Shown in pieces: positions 28,494 through 38,555 of a stretch of DNA of 64,000 nucleotides. The notes beneath the pieces are model-generated. The model saw only the letters and a program-made list of their open reading frames with translations. It had not been told where the DNA came from and made no database searches. Made by a program: the position numbers and the translations under genes. Positions within the stretch are counted from its first letter, which is position 1, and every line of letters starts with the position of its first letter. The stretch is from Candidatus Iainarchaeum sp. (GTDB taxonomy: Archaea > B1Sed10-29 > WALL01). The stretch is taken from contig JAGMCR010000012.1 in assembly GCA_023129115.1 (NCBI GenBank), positions 20,667 through 84,666 of the forward strand, in the 5' to 3' direction.

Positions 28494-29284
28494 TGAAGGC
28501 ACACATTTACTCTGTGGACGGCAAGAAAGGCAGGGAAATCGAGCTGCCCGCAGTATTTGGCGAAGAGTACAGGCCCGAAGTAATCAAGCGCGCGGTCCTG
28601 TCCAGGCAGAGCAGGGCGCTCCAGAAAAAAGGCTCCGACGTGCTCGCCGGGTTTAGGACGACCGCGGAATACATCGGGAGGCGCTCTGCGTTCAGGAGCG
28701 GCATAAACGTCGCGAGGGCAAGGCTGCCGCGCACAAAGCCAGGCGGCGGGGGGCTTGGGAGAGTGGCACGCGTGCCGCACGCCGTGGGAGGCCGCAGGGC
28801 ACATCCCCCAAAAGTGGAAAAAGTCATAGTCAAGCGCGTCAACAAGAAGGAGATGGCGCTCGCCATCAGGTCCGCGATTGCCGCGACGGCAAGCAAAGGG
28901 CTCATCGAGGCGCACGGGCACGCGACAGACGGCGTTGCCGAGCTGCCCCTAGTGCTCGGCGACGCGCTCGAGGGCCTCGGCAAGACCAAGGACGCGATAA
29001 GCGCCCTGGAAAAAGTCGGGCTCGGCAAGGACCTGGCTAGGGGAAAGAAAAAAAAGGTGCGCTCCGGCAAGGGCACGCGCCGCGGCAAGAAGTACAAGAC
29101 CAGGAAGTCCGTGCTCGTCGTTGTCGCCAAGGGCGGAAGGGCATTGAAGAACGTGCCCGGCGTCGACGTGATGACCGTCAAGGCGATTAATGTCGAGCTG
29201 CTTGCGCCCGGGGCGCAGGCCGGCCGGCTCACCGTCTACACAGAGTCCGCAATAAAAGAGCTGGGGGAGAAGTATGGCAATTAA
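28493..29284 (+). CDS. rpl4: 50S ribosomal protein L4
   Basis: GGRRAHPPK, LAPGAQAGRLT. Confidence 0.95.
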   Translation: MKAHIYSVDGKKGREIELPAVFGEEYRPEVIKRAVLSRQSRALQKKGSDVLAGFRTTAEYIGRRSAFRSGINVARARLPRTKPGGGGLGRVARVPHAVGGRRAHPPKVEKVIVKRVNKKEMALAIRSAIAATASKGLIEAHGHATDGVAELPLVLGDALEGLGKTKDAISALEKVGLGKDLARGKKKKVRSGKGTRRGKKYKTRKSVLVVVAKGGRALKNVPGVDVMTVKAINVELLAPGAQAGRLTVYTESAIKELGEKYGN

Positions 29285-29540
29285 GCGGGGTACGGCAGTC
29301 AAGCACGCATTGCTCACTGAAAAAGCTGTCGACTTGATTGAAAAGGAGAACAAGCTAGTGTTCAGGGTCGAGAACAGGGCGACCAAGGCAGAGATTAAAA
29401 AAGATGTTGAGAAGCTGTACAAGGTCAAGGTAGTCAAGGTCAACACGTCCATCGACATGAGGGGCAACAAGAAGGCGTTCGTCAAGCTCGGCAAGGAAAG
29501 CAGCGCGTCAGACATCGCCACAAAGCTCAACATACTGTGA
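29274..29540 (+). CDS. rpl23: 50S ribosomal protein L23
   Basis: TEKA, NKLVFRV, KKAFVKL. Confidence 0.94.
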   Translation: MAIKRGTAVKHALLTEKAVDLIEKENKLVFRVENRATKAEIKKDVEKLYKVKVVKVNTSIDMRGNKKAFVKLGKESSASDIATKLNIL

Positions 29541-29547
29541 TGCCGTT

Positions 29548-30249
29548 ATGGGAAAGCCAATAACACCACAGAAGAGGGGCAAGGGAAGCCCGCGCTACAC
29601 AGCGCCAAGCCACCGCTACAAGACCGAGGCCCACTACAGCCAGGGGGAGAAGACGGGCAAGGTCATCGGGTTCGAGGACGACCCGTCCAAGACTGGCATA
29701 GTGATGAAAGTCCAGTGGGAGGACGGCAGGAAAGAAATGTACCTCGCGCCAGAGGGCATTCGCGTGAATGACGAGATTGCGCAGGGCGGGGGCGAGCTCA
29801 CGCTCGGCAGCGTGCTGTCGCTCGCGGACATCCCGGAGGGAGTCCCAATATTCAACATCGAGAACAAGCCCGGGGACGGCGGCAAGGCCGCGCGGGCGAG
29901 CGGCTCGAGCGCATACATAGTCGCGAAGCAGGGCGTCAAGGCAAGGGTGCGCATGCCAAGCAAGCACATCAAGACGTTCAACGTCAACTGCCGCGCCACG
30001 GTTGGGGTTTCGGCCGGCGGGGGCCGGACGGAGAAGCCCATTGTCAAGGCGGGGACGCAGTTCCACAAGCGGAGGGCGAGGGGGCAGCTGTTCCCCGTGG
30101 TCCGCGGCGTGGCAATGAACCCAATTGAGCACCCCCATGGAGGGTCACAGCACCACTCCGGCAAGGCCACGACTGTCAAGAGGAGCACGCCGCCCGGGAG
30201 GAAGGTCGGGCACATCGCGGCCCGCAGGACTGGGAGAAGGAAGAGGTGA
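29548..30249 (+). CDS. rpl2: 50S ribosomal protein L2
   Basis: RGVAMNPIEHPHGG, PPGRKVGHIAARRTG. Confidence 0.96.
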   Translation: MGKPITPQKRGKGSPRYTAPSHRYKTEAHYSQGEKTGKVIGFEDDPSKTGIVMKVQWEDGRKEMYLAPEGIRVNDEIAQGGGELTLGSVLSLADIPEGVPIFNIENKPGDGGKAARASGSSAYIVAKQGVKARVRMPSKHIKTFNVNCRATVGVSAGGGRTEKPIVKAGTQFHKRRARGQLFPVVRGVAMNPIEHPHGGSQHHSGKATTVKRSTPPGRKVGHIAARRTGRRKR

Positions 30250-30253
30250 ATGG

Positions 30254-30637
30254 ATGGCCAAGCAGTTCATGTTCAAGGGAAAGACCATTGAAGAGCTCAA
30301 GGAAATGAAGCTCGACGACTTTTTCCAGCTCCTGCCCACGAGGATGAAGAGGAGCTACAAGCGCGGGTGGAGCAAGGACCAGGAAACGTTCCTCAAGCAG
30401 GTCCGCCGCGAGGGCAAGGATGTGGTCCGCACCCACTGCAGGGACATGATAATCATTCCGGAAATGGTCGGGCGGAAGATTGCCGTCTACAACGGCAAGG
30501 AGTTCAACTACCTCGACATCCAGCCCGAGATGCTGGGGCACTACCTGGGCGAGTACGCGCTCACCCGGAAGGTAGTGAAGCACTCCGCCGCAGGAATCGG
30601 CGCCACGAGGTCGACCAAGTTCATATCGGTGAAGTGA
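30254..30637 (+). CDS. rps19: 30S ribosomal protein S19
   Basis: RTHCRDMIIIPEMVG, GHYLGEY. Confidence 0.95.
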   Translation: MAKQFMFKGKTIEELKEMKLDDFFQLLPTRMKRSYKRGWSKDQETFLKQVRREGKDVVRTHCRDMIIIPEMVGRKIAVYNGKEFNYLDIQPEMLGHYLGEYALTRKVVKHSAAGIGATRSTKFISVK

Positions 30638-30638
30638 G

Positions 30639-31061
30639 ATGGCATACTCTTCAAAGGTTGCAGGGGCTAAGGCGTACGGGCGCAGGATAGACATGTCGCC
30701 GAAGCACGCCATGGAAATATGCAGCTACATCCGGGGCATGAACGCCGAAAAGGCGGACAAGTTCCTCAGCAATGTACAGGCCAAGGAAGAGTACGTTCCG
30801 CTCAAGAGGTTCAACCGCAAGGTCCCGCACCGCACCGGCGGCCAGCCGGGGAGGTACCCCGTGAAGGCGGCGAAGATAATCCAGAAGCTGCTCCGCAACG
30901 CCATGAGCAACGCCGAGCAGAAGGGCATGGACCGCGAGAAGCTCAAGATTGTGCACGCGGCGTCGCACCGCGGGCCAAGCTACGGCCGCAGGAAGCCCAA
31001 GGGGCGGTGGAAGCACCACAGCATCGACACCACGCACGTCGAAATCATAGTCAACGCATGA
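30639..31061 (+). CDS. rpl22: 50S ribosomal protein L22
   Basis: SPKHAMEIC, GRYPVKAA, NAEQKG. Confidence 0.94.
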   Translation: MAYSSKVAGAKAYGRRIDMSPKHAMEICSYIRGMNAEKADKFLSNVQAKEEYVPLKRFNRKVPHRTGGQPGRYPVKAAKIIQKLLRNAMSNAEQKGMDREKLKIVHAASHRGPSYGRRKPKGRWKHHSIDTTHVEIIVNA

Positions 31062-31071
31062 GAGTGATTCA

Positions 31072-31764
31072 GTGATAGAGAGGAAGTTCGTCAAGGAAGG
31101 CCTGAACAGGAGCAAGCTCAACGCGTACCTCAGGCAGCGCCTCAAGCGTGCGGGGTACGTCGGCGTCCAGATACAGAAGACGCCGCTGATGACGCGGCTT
31201 GCCATCAGGGTCGAGAGGCCCGGGCTTGTGATTGGCAGGAAGGGAGCCACGATTAAGGAGCTCACCGAGACCATCCAGGCAAAGTTCAGGATAGACAACG
31301 TCCAAATCAAGGTGGACGAGATTCCTGTCCCCGAGCTGGACTCGGCGATTATGGCGAGGAGGATTGCGTCCTCGCTCGAGAAGGGCATGAACTTCCGCAG
31401 GATACTCCACTGGACGCTCGAGAAAATCATGAAGTCCGGCGCCATCGGTGCCGAGATAGTCGTGTCCGGAAAGCTCATCGGAAAGGGCGGGAAGGCAAGG
31501 ACAGAGCGCGTGAGCGCCGGCTACCTCAAGAAGGCGGGCGACCCGGCCAAGATGGTGAACGTGGCGCAGACGCAGGCAATCAAGAAGGCGGGGATTATTG
31601 GCGTGACCGTCAGCATAGTCCCGCCGAGCGTGCAGTTCGCCGACAAGGTGGACGTCAGTACAGCAGTGATAGGAGGAGAAAAGGGTGGCAATACTGAAGC
31701 CGAAGGAAGCCAGGAACCTGAGCAAGGACGACCGGCAGAGCAAGCTCCAGCAGCTGCGGACTGA
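31072..31764 (+). CDS. rps3: 30S ribosomal protein S3
   Basis: RPGLVIGRKG KH motif, GAEIVVSGKL. Confidence 0.95.
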   Translation: MIERKFVKEGLNRSKLNAYLRQRLKRAGYVGVQIQKTPLMTRLAIRVERPGLVIGRKGATIKELTETIQAKFRIDNVQIKVDEIPVPELDSAIMARRIASSLEKGMNFRRILHWTLEKIMKSGAIGAEIVVSGKLIGKGGKARTERVSAGYLKKAGDPAKMVNVAQTQAIKKAGIIGVTVSIVPPSVQFADKVDVSTAVIGGEKGGNTEAEGSQEPEQGRPAEQAPAAAD

Positions 31765-32212
31765 GCTCTCCAAGGAGCAGGCCGCCGTGGCGAGCGGGAC
31801 GCGCCCGGAGAACCCGGGGCGAATCCGCGAAGTGCGCAGGACTATCGCTAGGATACTCACAATAGAGAGGGAGCTGGAGACAGCGCCCAAGGAAAAGGCA
31901 AAAGCGGAAAAGCCGAAGGAAGAGAAGAAAGAAAAGCCGGCGCCCAAGAAGAAAAAGAAAGCCGTTAAGGCCAAGAGGAAGGAAAAGGCCTCGGCGAAGA
32001 AGACCAGGGTGAAGGCGAAGAAGAAGGCCAAGGCAGAGAAGAAAATGAAGAAAAAGACAATCAAGCCCGCCAAGAAAAAGAAGGCTGCCAAGCGGGTGAA
32101 GAAGGCGAAGAAATCCGCGAAGCCAAAGAAAAAATCTGCGGTGAAGGCCCGGAAACGGCCTTCGACAAAGTCGAAGGCAAAAGCCAAGGCATCACCGAAG
32201 AGAGGAGGCTGA
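31685..32212 (+). CDS. rpl29: 50S ribosomal protein L29 with a Lys/Ala-rich C-terminal tail of about 110 aa
   Basis: MAILK.., ENPGRIREVRRTIARILT, then KKKAKA-type repeats. Confidence 0.9.
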   Translation: MAILKPKEARNLSKDDRQSKLQQLRTELSKEQAAVASGTRPENPGRIREVRRTIARILTIERELETAPKEKAKAEKPKEEKKEKPAPKKKKKAVKAKRKEKASAKKTRVKAKKKAKAEKKMKKKTIKPAKKKKAAKRVKKAKKSAKPKKKSAVKARKRPSTKSKAKAKASPKRGG

Positions 32213-32221
32213 TGGGCACAA

Positions 32222-32527
32222 ATGACTGAAATCTGCTCTGTGTGCGGCCTCCCGGAGGACCTCTGCGTTTGCGAAGAGATTGCCAAGGAGTCCCAAAAAA
32301 TCCGCATCAAGACCGAGATAAAGAAGTACCGCAAGAAGATGACGGTCATCGAGGGCCTGGACCCAGGCATTGACCTCGACGACCTGTGCAAGAAGCTCAA
32401 GCGGCAACTGGCGTGCGGCGGGACGGCGAAGGGCAAACGGATTGAGCTCCAGGGAGACCACTCGGAGAAGGTAAAGAAACTGCTCGTCTCACTCAACTAT
32501 CCAGAGGACCAGATTGAAATTGTCTAA
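32222..32527 (+). CDS. Translation initiation factor SUI1/aIF1
   Basis: CSVCGLPEDLCVC, LACGGT, IELQGDH. Confidence 0.93.
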   Translation: MTEICSVCGLPEDLCVCEEIAKESQKIRIKTEIKKYRKKMTVIEGLDPGIDLDDLCKKLKRQLACGGTAKGKRIELQGDHSEKVKKLLVSLNYPEDQIEIV

Positions 32528-32804
32528 GGCAGTGCTTCGTGCGCTCGCCAGCAATGAATTGATTGGCCTGGATGCGAGGGTGGTGAAGAGCTCAGACCCC
32601 TCTCTTGAGGGGCTGAGCGGAAAACTTGTCGACGAGACGATGAACACGCTCGAGCTGGAGACAGAGGGGCGCGTCCGGAAGCTCGACAAGAAGTCGGTCA
32701 CCCTCATAATCCGGTTCCCGGACGGGGAATACGAAGTCCCCGGCAGGGAAATCCTGCAGCGGCCCGAAGAGCGGCTGAAAAAGCTGTGGACAAAGGTGAA
32801 GTAG
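32514..32804 (+). CDS. rnp1: Ribonuclease P protein component 1 (Rpp29)
   Basis: ELIGL, GKLVDETMNTL, RPEERLKK; start uncertain. Confidence 0.88.
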   Translation: MKLSKAVLRALASNELIGLDARVVKSSDPSLEGLSGKLVDETMNTLELETEGRVRKLDKKSVTLIIRFPDGEYEVPGREILQRPEERLKKLWTKVK

Positions 32805-32806
32805 GC

Positions 32807-33100
32807 ATGGAATGCAATGACAAGAACTGCCCCATCCACGCGGGGCTCAAGGTGAGGGGGAACCTCTTCGAGGCCACGGTAGTCTCTGACAAGATGACGA
32901 ACTCCGTCGTCGTCGAGAGGCACTACCTCAGGAAAGTGCCGAAGTACGAGAGGCTCGAGCGGAGCCGCTCGCGCCTGACCGTCCACAAGCCCGCGTGCAT
33001 GGAAGTAAAGGTCGGCGACCGGGTGTTGGTCGGCGAGACGCGGAAGCTCAGCAAGAGCAAGAGCTTCGTGGTGACCAAAGTGTTGGGGGGAGAGAAGTGA
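32807..33100 (+). CDS. rps17: 30S ribosomal protein S17
   Basis: CNDKNCPIH, KYER, ETRKLSKSKSF. Confidence 0.94.
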   Translation: MECNDKNCPIHAGLKVRGNLFEATVVSDKMTNSVVVERHYLRKVPKYERLERSRSRLTVHKPACMEVKVGDRVLVGETRKLSKSKSFVVTKVLGGEK

Positions 33101-33495
33101 AGGGGATTGCCGCCAAGATAACGAAGGGCCTCCAGATTGGCTCGCAGCTCAGGTGCGACGACAACACCGGCGCCAAGGAGCTCGAGATAATCGGGGTCAA
33201 GAAGTATCACGGCAGGCGCAGGAAGCTCCCCAAGGCGGGGGTTGGAGACATAATCGTTTGCTCGGTCAAGAAAGGCAAGCCCGAAATCAGGAAGAAAATC
33301 GTCAAGGCAGTGATTGTGCGGCAGAAGCAGCCGTTCAGGCGCAGGAACGGGACTTGGATAAAGTTCGACGACAATGCAGCCGTGCTGATTGACGACACCG
33401 GATTGCCGAAGGGCAGTGAAATCAAGGGCGTTGTTGCCAAGGAAGTTGCGGAAAGGTTCGCGAAAATCGCTACAATCGCCAAGAACGTGGTGTAA
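33097..33495 (+). CDS. rpl14: 50S ribosomal protein L14
   Basis: DNTGAK, FDDNAAV, PKGSEIKG. Confidence 0.95.
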   Translation: MKGIAAKITKGLQIGSQLRCDDNTGAKELEIIGVKKYHGRRRKLPKAGVGDIIVCSVKKGKPEIRKKIVKAVIVRQKQPFRRRNGTWIKFDDNAAVLIDDTGLPKGSEIKGVVAKEVAERFAKIATIAKNVV

Positions 33496-33852
33496 ATGAG
33501 GAAGACTGTACAGCCAAGGAAGCAGAGGATTCGCATGTACAACGCGCCCCTCCACACGAGGGGGAAGAGGATAGCGTCGCCGCTGAGCAATGAGCTCAGG
33601 GAGAAGTACGGCAAGAGGAGTGTCCCGCTTAGGGTTGGGGACACTGTGGTCGTGCTGCGGGGCAACTTCAAGGGCCACAAGGACAAGGTCACTGCAATTG
33701 ACAGGAAGGCGTACCGGGTGTACGTCAAGGGCGTCGTCAACAAGAAGGCCAATGGCGAGGACGCTCCGAGGCCGGTCAATGCCTCAAACCTGCGGGTTGT
33801 CGAGCTGGTGCTTGACGACAAGCGCAGGGAGAAAATGATTGCGAGGAAGTAA
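33496..33852 (+). CDS. rpl24: 50S ribosomal protein L24
   Basis: QPRKQR..YNAPLH, GDTVVVLRG KOW motif. Confidence 0.95.
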   Translation: MRKTVQPRKQRIRMYNAPLHTRGKRIASPLSNELREKYGKRSVPLRVGDTVVVLRGNFKGHKDKVTAIDRKAYRVYVKGVVNKKANGEDAPRPVNASNLRVVELVLDDKRREKMIARK

Positions 33853-33854
33853 CC

Positions 33855-34571
33855 ATGGCACGCAAAGGAGAAAGCAAAATCACGAAGCGGCTGGCTGCGC
33901 CGAAGGTCGCGAAAATCAAGAGGAAGGGCCAGAGGTTCGTGGTCCGGCCCTCGCGCGGGCCGCATTCGGTCAAGTCCTCGATTCCGCTCACAGTCGCGGC
34001 AAGGGAATTGCTCGGCATTGTGGACAATGTCCGCGAGATGAAGGCAGTGCTCAACGAGGGCAAGGTCATGGTCGACGGCAAAGTGGTGAGGGACCACCGC
34101 CTGCCGGTTGGGTTCATGGACGTGATTTCGTTCCCGACGGTGAACAAGTACTACCGCGTGCTTTACGACGCGCACGGGAGGCTAGAGCCGAGGGAGATTG
34201 ACGCGAAGCAGTCAGTGTTCAAGCTGTGCCGCATCCGGGACAAGACCGTGGTGAAGGGCGGGAAGACGCAGCTGAACCTCCACGACGGCAAGAACATTCT
34301 TTACGAGAAGAAGTGCGCGGCCGGCGACGTCGTCAAGGTAGAGCTGCCGACGCTGCGCGTAATGGACTACTACCCCCTCACCGAGGGCAGCGTCGCGTAC
34401 GTCACTGGCGGCAAGCACGCCGGCGATGTCGCGACCATCAAGAGCATTGCTGCGGGGACGCAGACGAGGAAGCCACTGGCGGTGCTCGAGAAGGGCGAGA
34501 AGACGTTCGAGACGAGGAAGGACTACGTGTTCGTCCTCGGCGTCAAGGAGCCCGCAATCAAAATTGACTAG
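33855..34571 (+). CDS. rps4e: 30S ribosomal protein S4e
   Basis: KRLAAP, PVGFMDVI, QLNLHDG. Confidence 0.95.
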   Translation: MARKGESKITKRLAAPKVAKIKRKGQRFVVRPSRGPHSVKSSIPLTVAARELLGIVDNVREMKAVLNEGKVMVDGKVVRDHRLPVGFMDVISFPTVNKYYRVLYDAHGRLEPREIDAKQSVFKLCRIRDKTVVKGGKTQLNLHDGKNILYEKKCAAGDVVKVELPTLRVMDYYPLTEGSVAYVTGGKHAGDVATIKSIAAGTQTRKPLAVLEKGEKTFETRKDYVFVLGVKEPAIKID

Positions 34572-34579
34572 GGATTCGC

Positions 34580-35083
34580 ATGATAAAGCTTGGGAAAGTT
34601 ACTGTCAACATCGGCGTCGGCACGGCCGGCGAGCCGCTCGAGAAGGCGGAAAAGCTTCTCGAAAAGCTTAGCGGCCAGAAGCCGGTGCGCACGACGTCCA
34701 GGAAGAGGATTCCGACGTGGGGCATCAGGAAGAAGCAGGCCATCGGCGTGAAGGTAACGCTCCGCGGGAAGAAGGCGCTGGACTTCGTGAACCAGGCGAT
34801 TGAGGCCAAGGAGAGGACGCTCAGGCCCAAGCAGTTCGACGAGAACGGGAACTTCGCGTTCGGCGTGTCGGAGTACATCGACATCCCTGGCGTAAAGTAC
34901 GACCCCGAGATAGGGATTTACGGGTTCGACGTGTGCGTCACCCTGGAGAAGTCCGGCTACAGGATAAGCCGGAGGAAGCGCCAGAAGACGAGGGTGGCCC
35001 GCTCGCACAAGCTGACCAAGGAAGAGGCGATTGGGTGGGTGCAGAAGAACCTGGACATAAAGGTGACTGAGAATGCCGAGTAA
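34580..35083 (+). CDS. rpl5: 50S ribosomal protein L5
   Basis: [24 protein letters not shown]. Confidence 0.95.
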   Translation: MIKLGKVTVNIGVGTAGEPLEKAEKLLEKLSGQKPVRTTSRKRIPTWGIRKKQAIGVKVTLRGKKALDFVNQAIEAKERTLRPKQFDENGNFAFGVSEYIDIPGVKYDPEIGIYGFDVCVTLEKSGYRISRRKRQKTRVARSHKLTKEEAIGWVQKNLDIKVTENAE

Positions 35084-35258
35084 GAAGCAGAAGCAGGTGG
35101 CCAGGGGCTCCACTGGCAAGAAGAAGCCGAAGAAGAAGGGCGACAGGAAGTGCCGGATGTGCGGGACAGCCCGCGGGCTTATCCGCAAGTACGACCTGTA
35201 CATCTGCAGGCGCTGCTTCAGGGAATGCGCGAAGGAGATGGGGTTCTCGAAGTACTAA
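35073..35258 (+). CDS. rps14: 30S ribosomal protein S14
   Basis: [22 protein letters not shown]. Confidence 0.94.
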   Translation: MPSKKQKQVARGSTGKKKPKKKGDRKCRMCGTARGLIRKYDLYICRRCFRECAKEMGFSKY

Positions 35259-35259
35259 G

Positions 35260-35661
35260 GTGATGTTTATGGTTATGAACGACCCGCTTGCAAACGCCAT
35301 GTCCGTCGTGAGGAACGCGTCGAACGTGGGCAAGGACGCGTGCGTGCTCAAGCCAGCGTCCAAGCTGCTGGGCAGCGTGCTCAAGGCCCTGCAGAAGGAC
35401 GGCTACATCGGCGAGTTCGAGTTCGTCGACGATGGCAAGGCAGGCTATTACAACGTAACGCTCAACCGCAACATCAACAAGTGCGGCGTAATCACGCCGC
35501 GGCACGCGGTCAAGAAGGACGAGTACACCAAGTTCGAGAAGAGGTTTTTGCCGGGGCAGAACATTGGCATGCTCATAGTGTCGACCCCTTACGGTGTGAT
35601 GAGCCAGAAGGAGGCCATCAAGCGCAACACCGGTGGGCAGTTGATAGCGTACGTCTATTGA
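35260..35661 (+). CDS. rps8: 30S ribosomal protein S8
   Basis: DPLANA, INKCGVITPR, GGQLIAYVY. Confidence 0.95.
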   Translation: MMFMVMNDPLANAMSVVRNASNVGKDACVLKPASKLLGSVLKALQKDGYIGEFEFVDDGKAGYYNVTLNRNINKCGVITPRHAVKKDEYTKFEKRFLPGQNIGMLIVSTPYGVMSQKEAIKRNTGGQLIAYVY

Positions 35662-35665
35662 GGGA

Positions 35666-36223
35666 ATGGAAATGGTGCTGGCAGCTGAAATCAATGAAGA
35701 AGTCGCCGTGCCCGAGGGGGTAACGGTCACGGTCAGCGGGAGCAGCGTGGCCGTGAAGGGCCCGAGGGGCGAGCTGTCCAGGGACTTCGGCGAGAACAAC
35801 ATAGTGATTTCGCGGGAGGACAGCAATGTCGTGCTGTCGTGCAAGTTCCCCAAGAGGGGCGACAAGGCGCTCATGGGAAGCCTCACGGCGCACATCAGGA
35901 ACATGGTCACTGGCGTCACGGCCGGGTTCAAGTACGCGCTGAGGGTGTACTACTCGCACTTCCCCATGAACGTCGAGGTCCAGGGCGACAAAGTCCTAAT
36001 CAAGAACTTCCTTGGCGAGAAGCACCCCCGCGAGTCCAGGATAGTGGGCCAGTCGAAGGTGACCGCCAAGGGGCAGGACGTAACCGTTGAAGGAACAGAC
36101 AAGGAAGACGTGGGCCAGACCGCGGCGAACCTCGTGCTCGCGACCAAGATCAAGAAGCGCGACCCGAGGGTGTTCCGGGACGGCATATTCATAGTCGAAA
36201 AGGGGTGTATGGCCAGTGAATAA
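35666..36223 (+). CDS. rpl6: 50S ribosomal protein L6
   Basis: YSHFPM, NFLGEK, DPRVFRDGI. Confidence 0.95.
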   Translation: MEMVLAAEINEEVAVPEGVTVTVSGSSVAVKGPRGELSRDFGENNIVISREDSNVVLSCKFPKRGDKALMGSLTAHIRNMVTGVTAGFKYALRVYYSHFPMNVEVQGDKVLIKNFLGEKHPRESRIVGQSKVTAKGQDVTVEGTDKEDVGQTAANLVLATKIKKRDPRVFRDGIFIVEKGCMASE

Positions 36224-36548
36224 GAAGAAGCCGAAGTTCAAGAGGCAGCACTCCGACGCAAAGAAGCGCGTCCAGGGGAAGGGCTGGAGGCACCCGCGCG
36301 GGATTGACAGCGAGCAGAGGGAGCACCTCAAGAGCCGCGGGAAGCACCCGCGCATCGGGTACGGCTCCCCAAAGAGCTCAAGGGGCCTGCACCCAACCGG
36401 CGTGAAGGAAGTCATGGTCAAGACGCTCGGCGACCTCGCGAAGGTCGGCGAGGGAATGGCCGCGCGGCTTTATTCGAAGCTCGGGAAGAGGAAGCGGGCA
36501 GAGATAGTTGCGAAGGCCAAGGAAAAAAAGGTTAGGGTGTTGAACTGA
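36216..36548 (+). CDS. rpl32e: 50S ribosomal protein L32e
   Basis: WRHPRGIDS, GYGSP, GLHPTG. Confidence 0.93.
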   Translation: MNKKKPKFKRQHSDAKKRVQGKGWRHPRGIDSEQREHLKSRGKHPRIGYGSPKSSRGLHPTGVKEVMVKTLGDLAKVGEGMAARLYSKLGKRKRAEIVAKAKEKKVRVLN

Positions 36549-36958
36549 TGGAGCTCAACAAGCTGCGTGCACTCGCCGCAAAGACCCTGAAGGTCGGGCA
36601 GTCAAGGATAAGGATAGCCAACGCAGAGAAGGCATCCGAGGCCATTACGCGCGACGACGTCAGGACGCTGCACAAGGAGGGCGCCATCAAGGTATTGCCC
36701 CCAAAGGGCACAAGCCGCGGAAGGGCCCGGGTGCTTGCCGCCAAGAAGAAGGCGGGCAGGAAGACCGGGGCGGGCAAGCGCAAGGGCACGAAGAAGACGC
36801 GCGAGAAAAAGAAGGCTAAGTGGATGACGCAGGTCCGCGCGCAGCGCAGGGCGCTGAGGAAAAAGAAGCCGCTGAACTACCGCACCATTTACAAGATGAT
36901 TAAGGGTGGATACTTCAAGAGCGTGAAGCACTTGGAGTCGTTCATCGCGAAGGAGTGA
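36548..36958 (+). CDS. rpl19e: 50S ribosomal protein L19e
   Basis: AITRDDVR, GTSRGRAR, KGGYFK. Confidence 0.93.
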   Translation: MELNKLRALAAKTLKVGQSRIRIANAEKASEAITRDDVRTLHKEGAIKVLPPKGTSRGRARVLAAKKKAGRKTGAGKRKGTKKTREKKKAKWMTQVRAQRRALRKKKPLNYRTIYKMIKGGYFKSVKHLESFIAKE

Positions 36959-36963
36959 GCTAG

Positions 36964-37440
36964 ATGGTCCAGAAGACGACTTACTCGATGAAATTCCGCC
37001 GGAGGCGGGAGGGAAAGACCGACTACCGCAAGCGGCTCGGGCTCCTCAAGTCGAGGAAGCCGAGGCTCGTGGTCAGGATTACTGCCAGGAATGTGCTCGC
37101 GCAGGTCGTAAAGTACAACGCCAAGGGCGACGAGGTGCTGGCCACGGCGAGCTCTGCCGAGGTCAGGGGCCTGGGTTTCAAGGGCCACGCCGGCAATGCC
37201 GAGGCGGCGTACCTCACGGGCATGCTCTGCGCAAAGAAGGCAATCAAGGCAGGGGTGAAGGAGGCCATGCTGGACATTGGCCTGCACACGCCGGTCAACG
37301 GCTCCAACGTGTTCGCGGCGCTGAGGGGCGCGCTCGACGGGGGAATGGATATTCCGCACGACGGGAAGTGCTTCCCGGCCGAGGAGCGCATCAAGACCGG
37401 GAAGGGCGAGGCGGCCCGGGAAAAGATATTGAAGGGGTAA
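36964..37440 (+). CDS. rpl18: 50S ribosomal protein L18
   Basis: RRRREGKTDYRKR, AAYLTG, LDIGL. Confidence 0.95.
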   Translation: MVQKTTYSMKFRRRREGKTDYRKRLGLLKSRKPRLVVRITARNVLAQVVKYNAKGDEVLATASSAEVRGLGFKGHAGNAEAAYLTGMLCAKKAIKAGVKEAMLDIGLHTPVNGSNVFAALRGALDGGMDIPHDGKCFPAEERIKTGKGEAAREKILKG

Positions 37441-37446
37441 TGTTTC

Positions 37447-38127
37447 ATGCAGGCAAAGAACAAGAGAGTGCAACGCAAGCCGAGGAAGACGCGGGAGGAG
37501 CAGCGGCAGGAAATGCTCGTCGAGTGGGTCCCCAAGACCAGGACCGGCAAGCTTGTGCTCGCCGGCGACGTCACTTCGATTGAGCAGCTTTACGACAAGA
37601 ACCTGCCCATACTCGAGTCCGAGATAGTGGACATGCTCGTCCCCGACCTGCAGGAAGAGGTCCTGAACGTCAAGGCCGTGCAGAGGACCACTGACTCCGG
37701 CAGGAAGAGGAGCTTTTTGGTGACTGCGGCCGTCGGGAACAAGGCAGGCTATGTCGGCGTTGGCACCGGCAGGGGCTTGAACGTGCGGCCCGCGATACAG
37801 AAGGCGGTCGAGAACGCGAAGCTCAACATCATAGCAATCCGCCAGGGCTGCGGCTCCTGGGAGTGCGGGTGCGGCCTGGGCCACAGCGTGCCTTACAAGA
37901 GCAAGGGCAAGTGCGGCTCGGTAAGGATGACGCTCATCCCCGCGCCGAAGGGCACGGGCATCGTCGCCGGGAGAACGGCAAGGAAAGTGCTCGAGCTGGC
38001 GGGAATCAAGGACGTGTGGACCAAGACCAAGGGCGACACGCGCACGGTGTTCAACTTCGCGGTCGCGACGCTTGACGCGCTGAAGAACATCAGGCGGAAA
38101 AAGTTCCCAGTGGGTGAGGCGTCTTGA
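37447..38127 (+). CDS. rps5: 30S ribosomal protein S5
   Basis: [24 protein letters not shown]. Confidence 0.95.
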   Translation: MQAKNKRVQRKPRKTREEQRQEMLVEWVPKTRTGKLVLAGDVTSIEQLYDKNLPILESEIVDMLVPDLQEEVLNVKAVQRTTDSGRKRSFLVTAAVGNKAGYVGVGTGRGLNVRPAIQKAVENAKLNIIAIRQGCGSWECGCGLGHSVPYKSKGKCGSVRMTLIPAPKGTGIVAGRTARKVLELAGIKDVWTKTKGDTRTVFNFAVATLDALKNIRRKKFPVGEAS

Positions 38128-38555
38128 AGCGCATTGCAGTAGTCAAGGTGAGGGGAAGCATCCGCGTGCCCCAGACGGTTAAGGACACCATGGCAATGAT
38201 TAACCTCACGAGGGTGAACCACTGCGTGCTCATCGACGACCGGGACACTTACAAGGGAATGCTCCAGAAGGCAAAGGACTACATCACGTGGGGCGAGGTA
38301 TCGCCCAAGAGCATGGAGAGAATGCTCACAAAGAGGGGCAATGTCACGGACTTTGGCAAGTACAAGACCGTGGAGGCGTTTGTCGAGGCATTCATGAAGT
38401 TCGAGGGCGAGCTGGACGAAATACACGCTGGGCCGGTGTTCAGGCTTTCCCCCCCGAAGAAGGGGTACGAGAGCACCAAGAAGCCGTTCGCGAAGAAGGG
38501 CTCGCTCGGCAACCGGGGCGAGGCGATTAACCAGCTGCTCGCGAGGATGATATAA
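38124..38555 (+). CDS. rpl30: 50S ribosomal protein L30
   Basis: [14 protein letters not shown]. Confidence 0.93.
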   Translation: MKRIAVVKVRGSIRVPQTVKDTMAMINLTRVNHCVLIDDRDTYKGMLQKAKDYITWGEVSPKSMERMLTKRGNVTDFGKYKTVEAFVEAFMKFEGELDEIHAGPVFRLSPPKKGYESTKKPFAKKGSLGNRGEAINQLLARMI

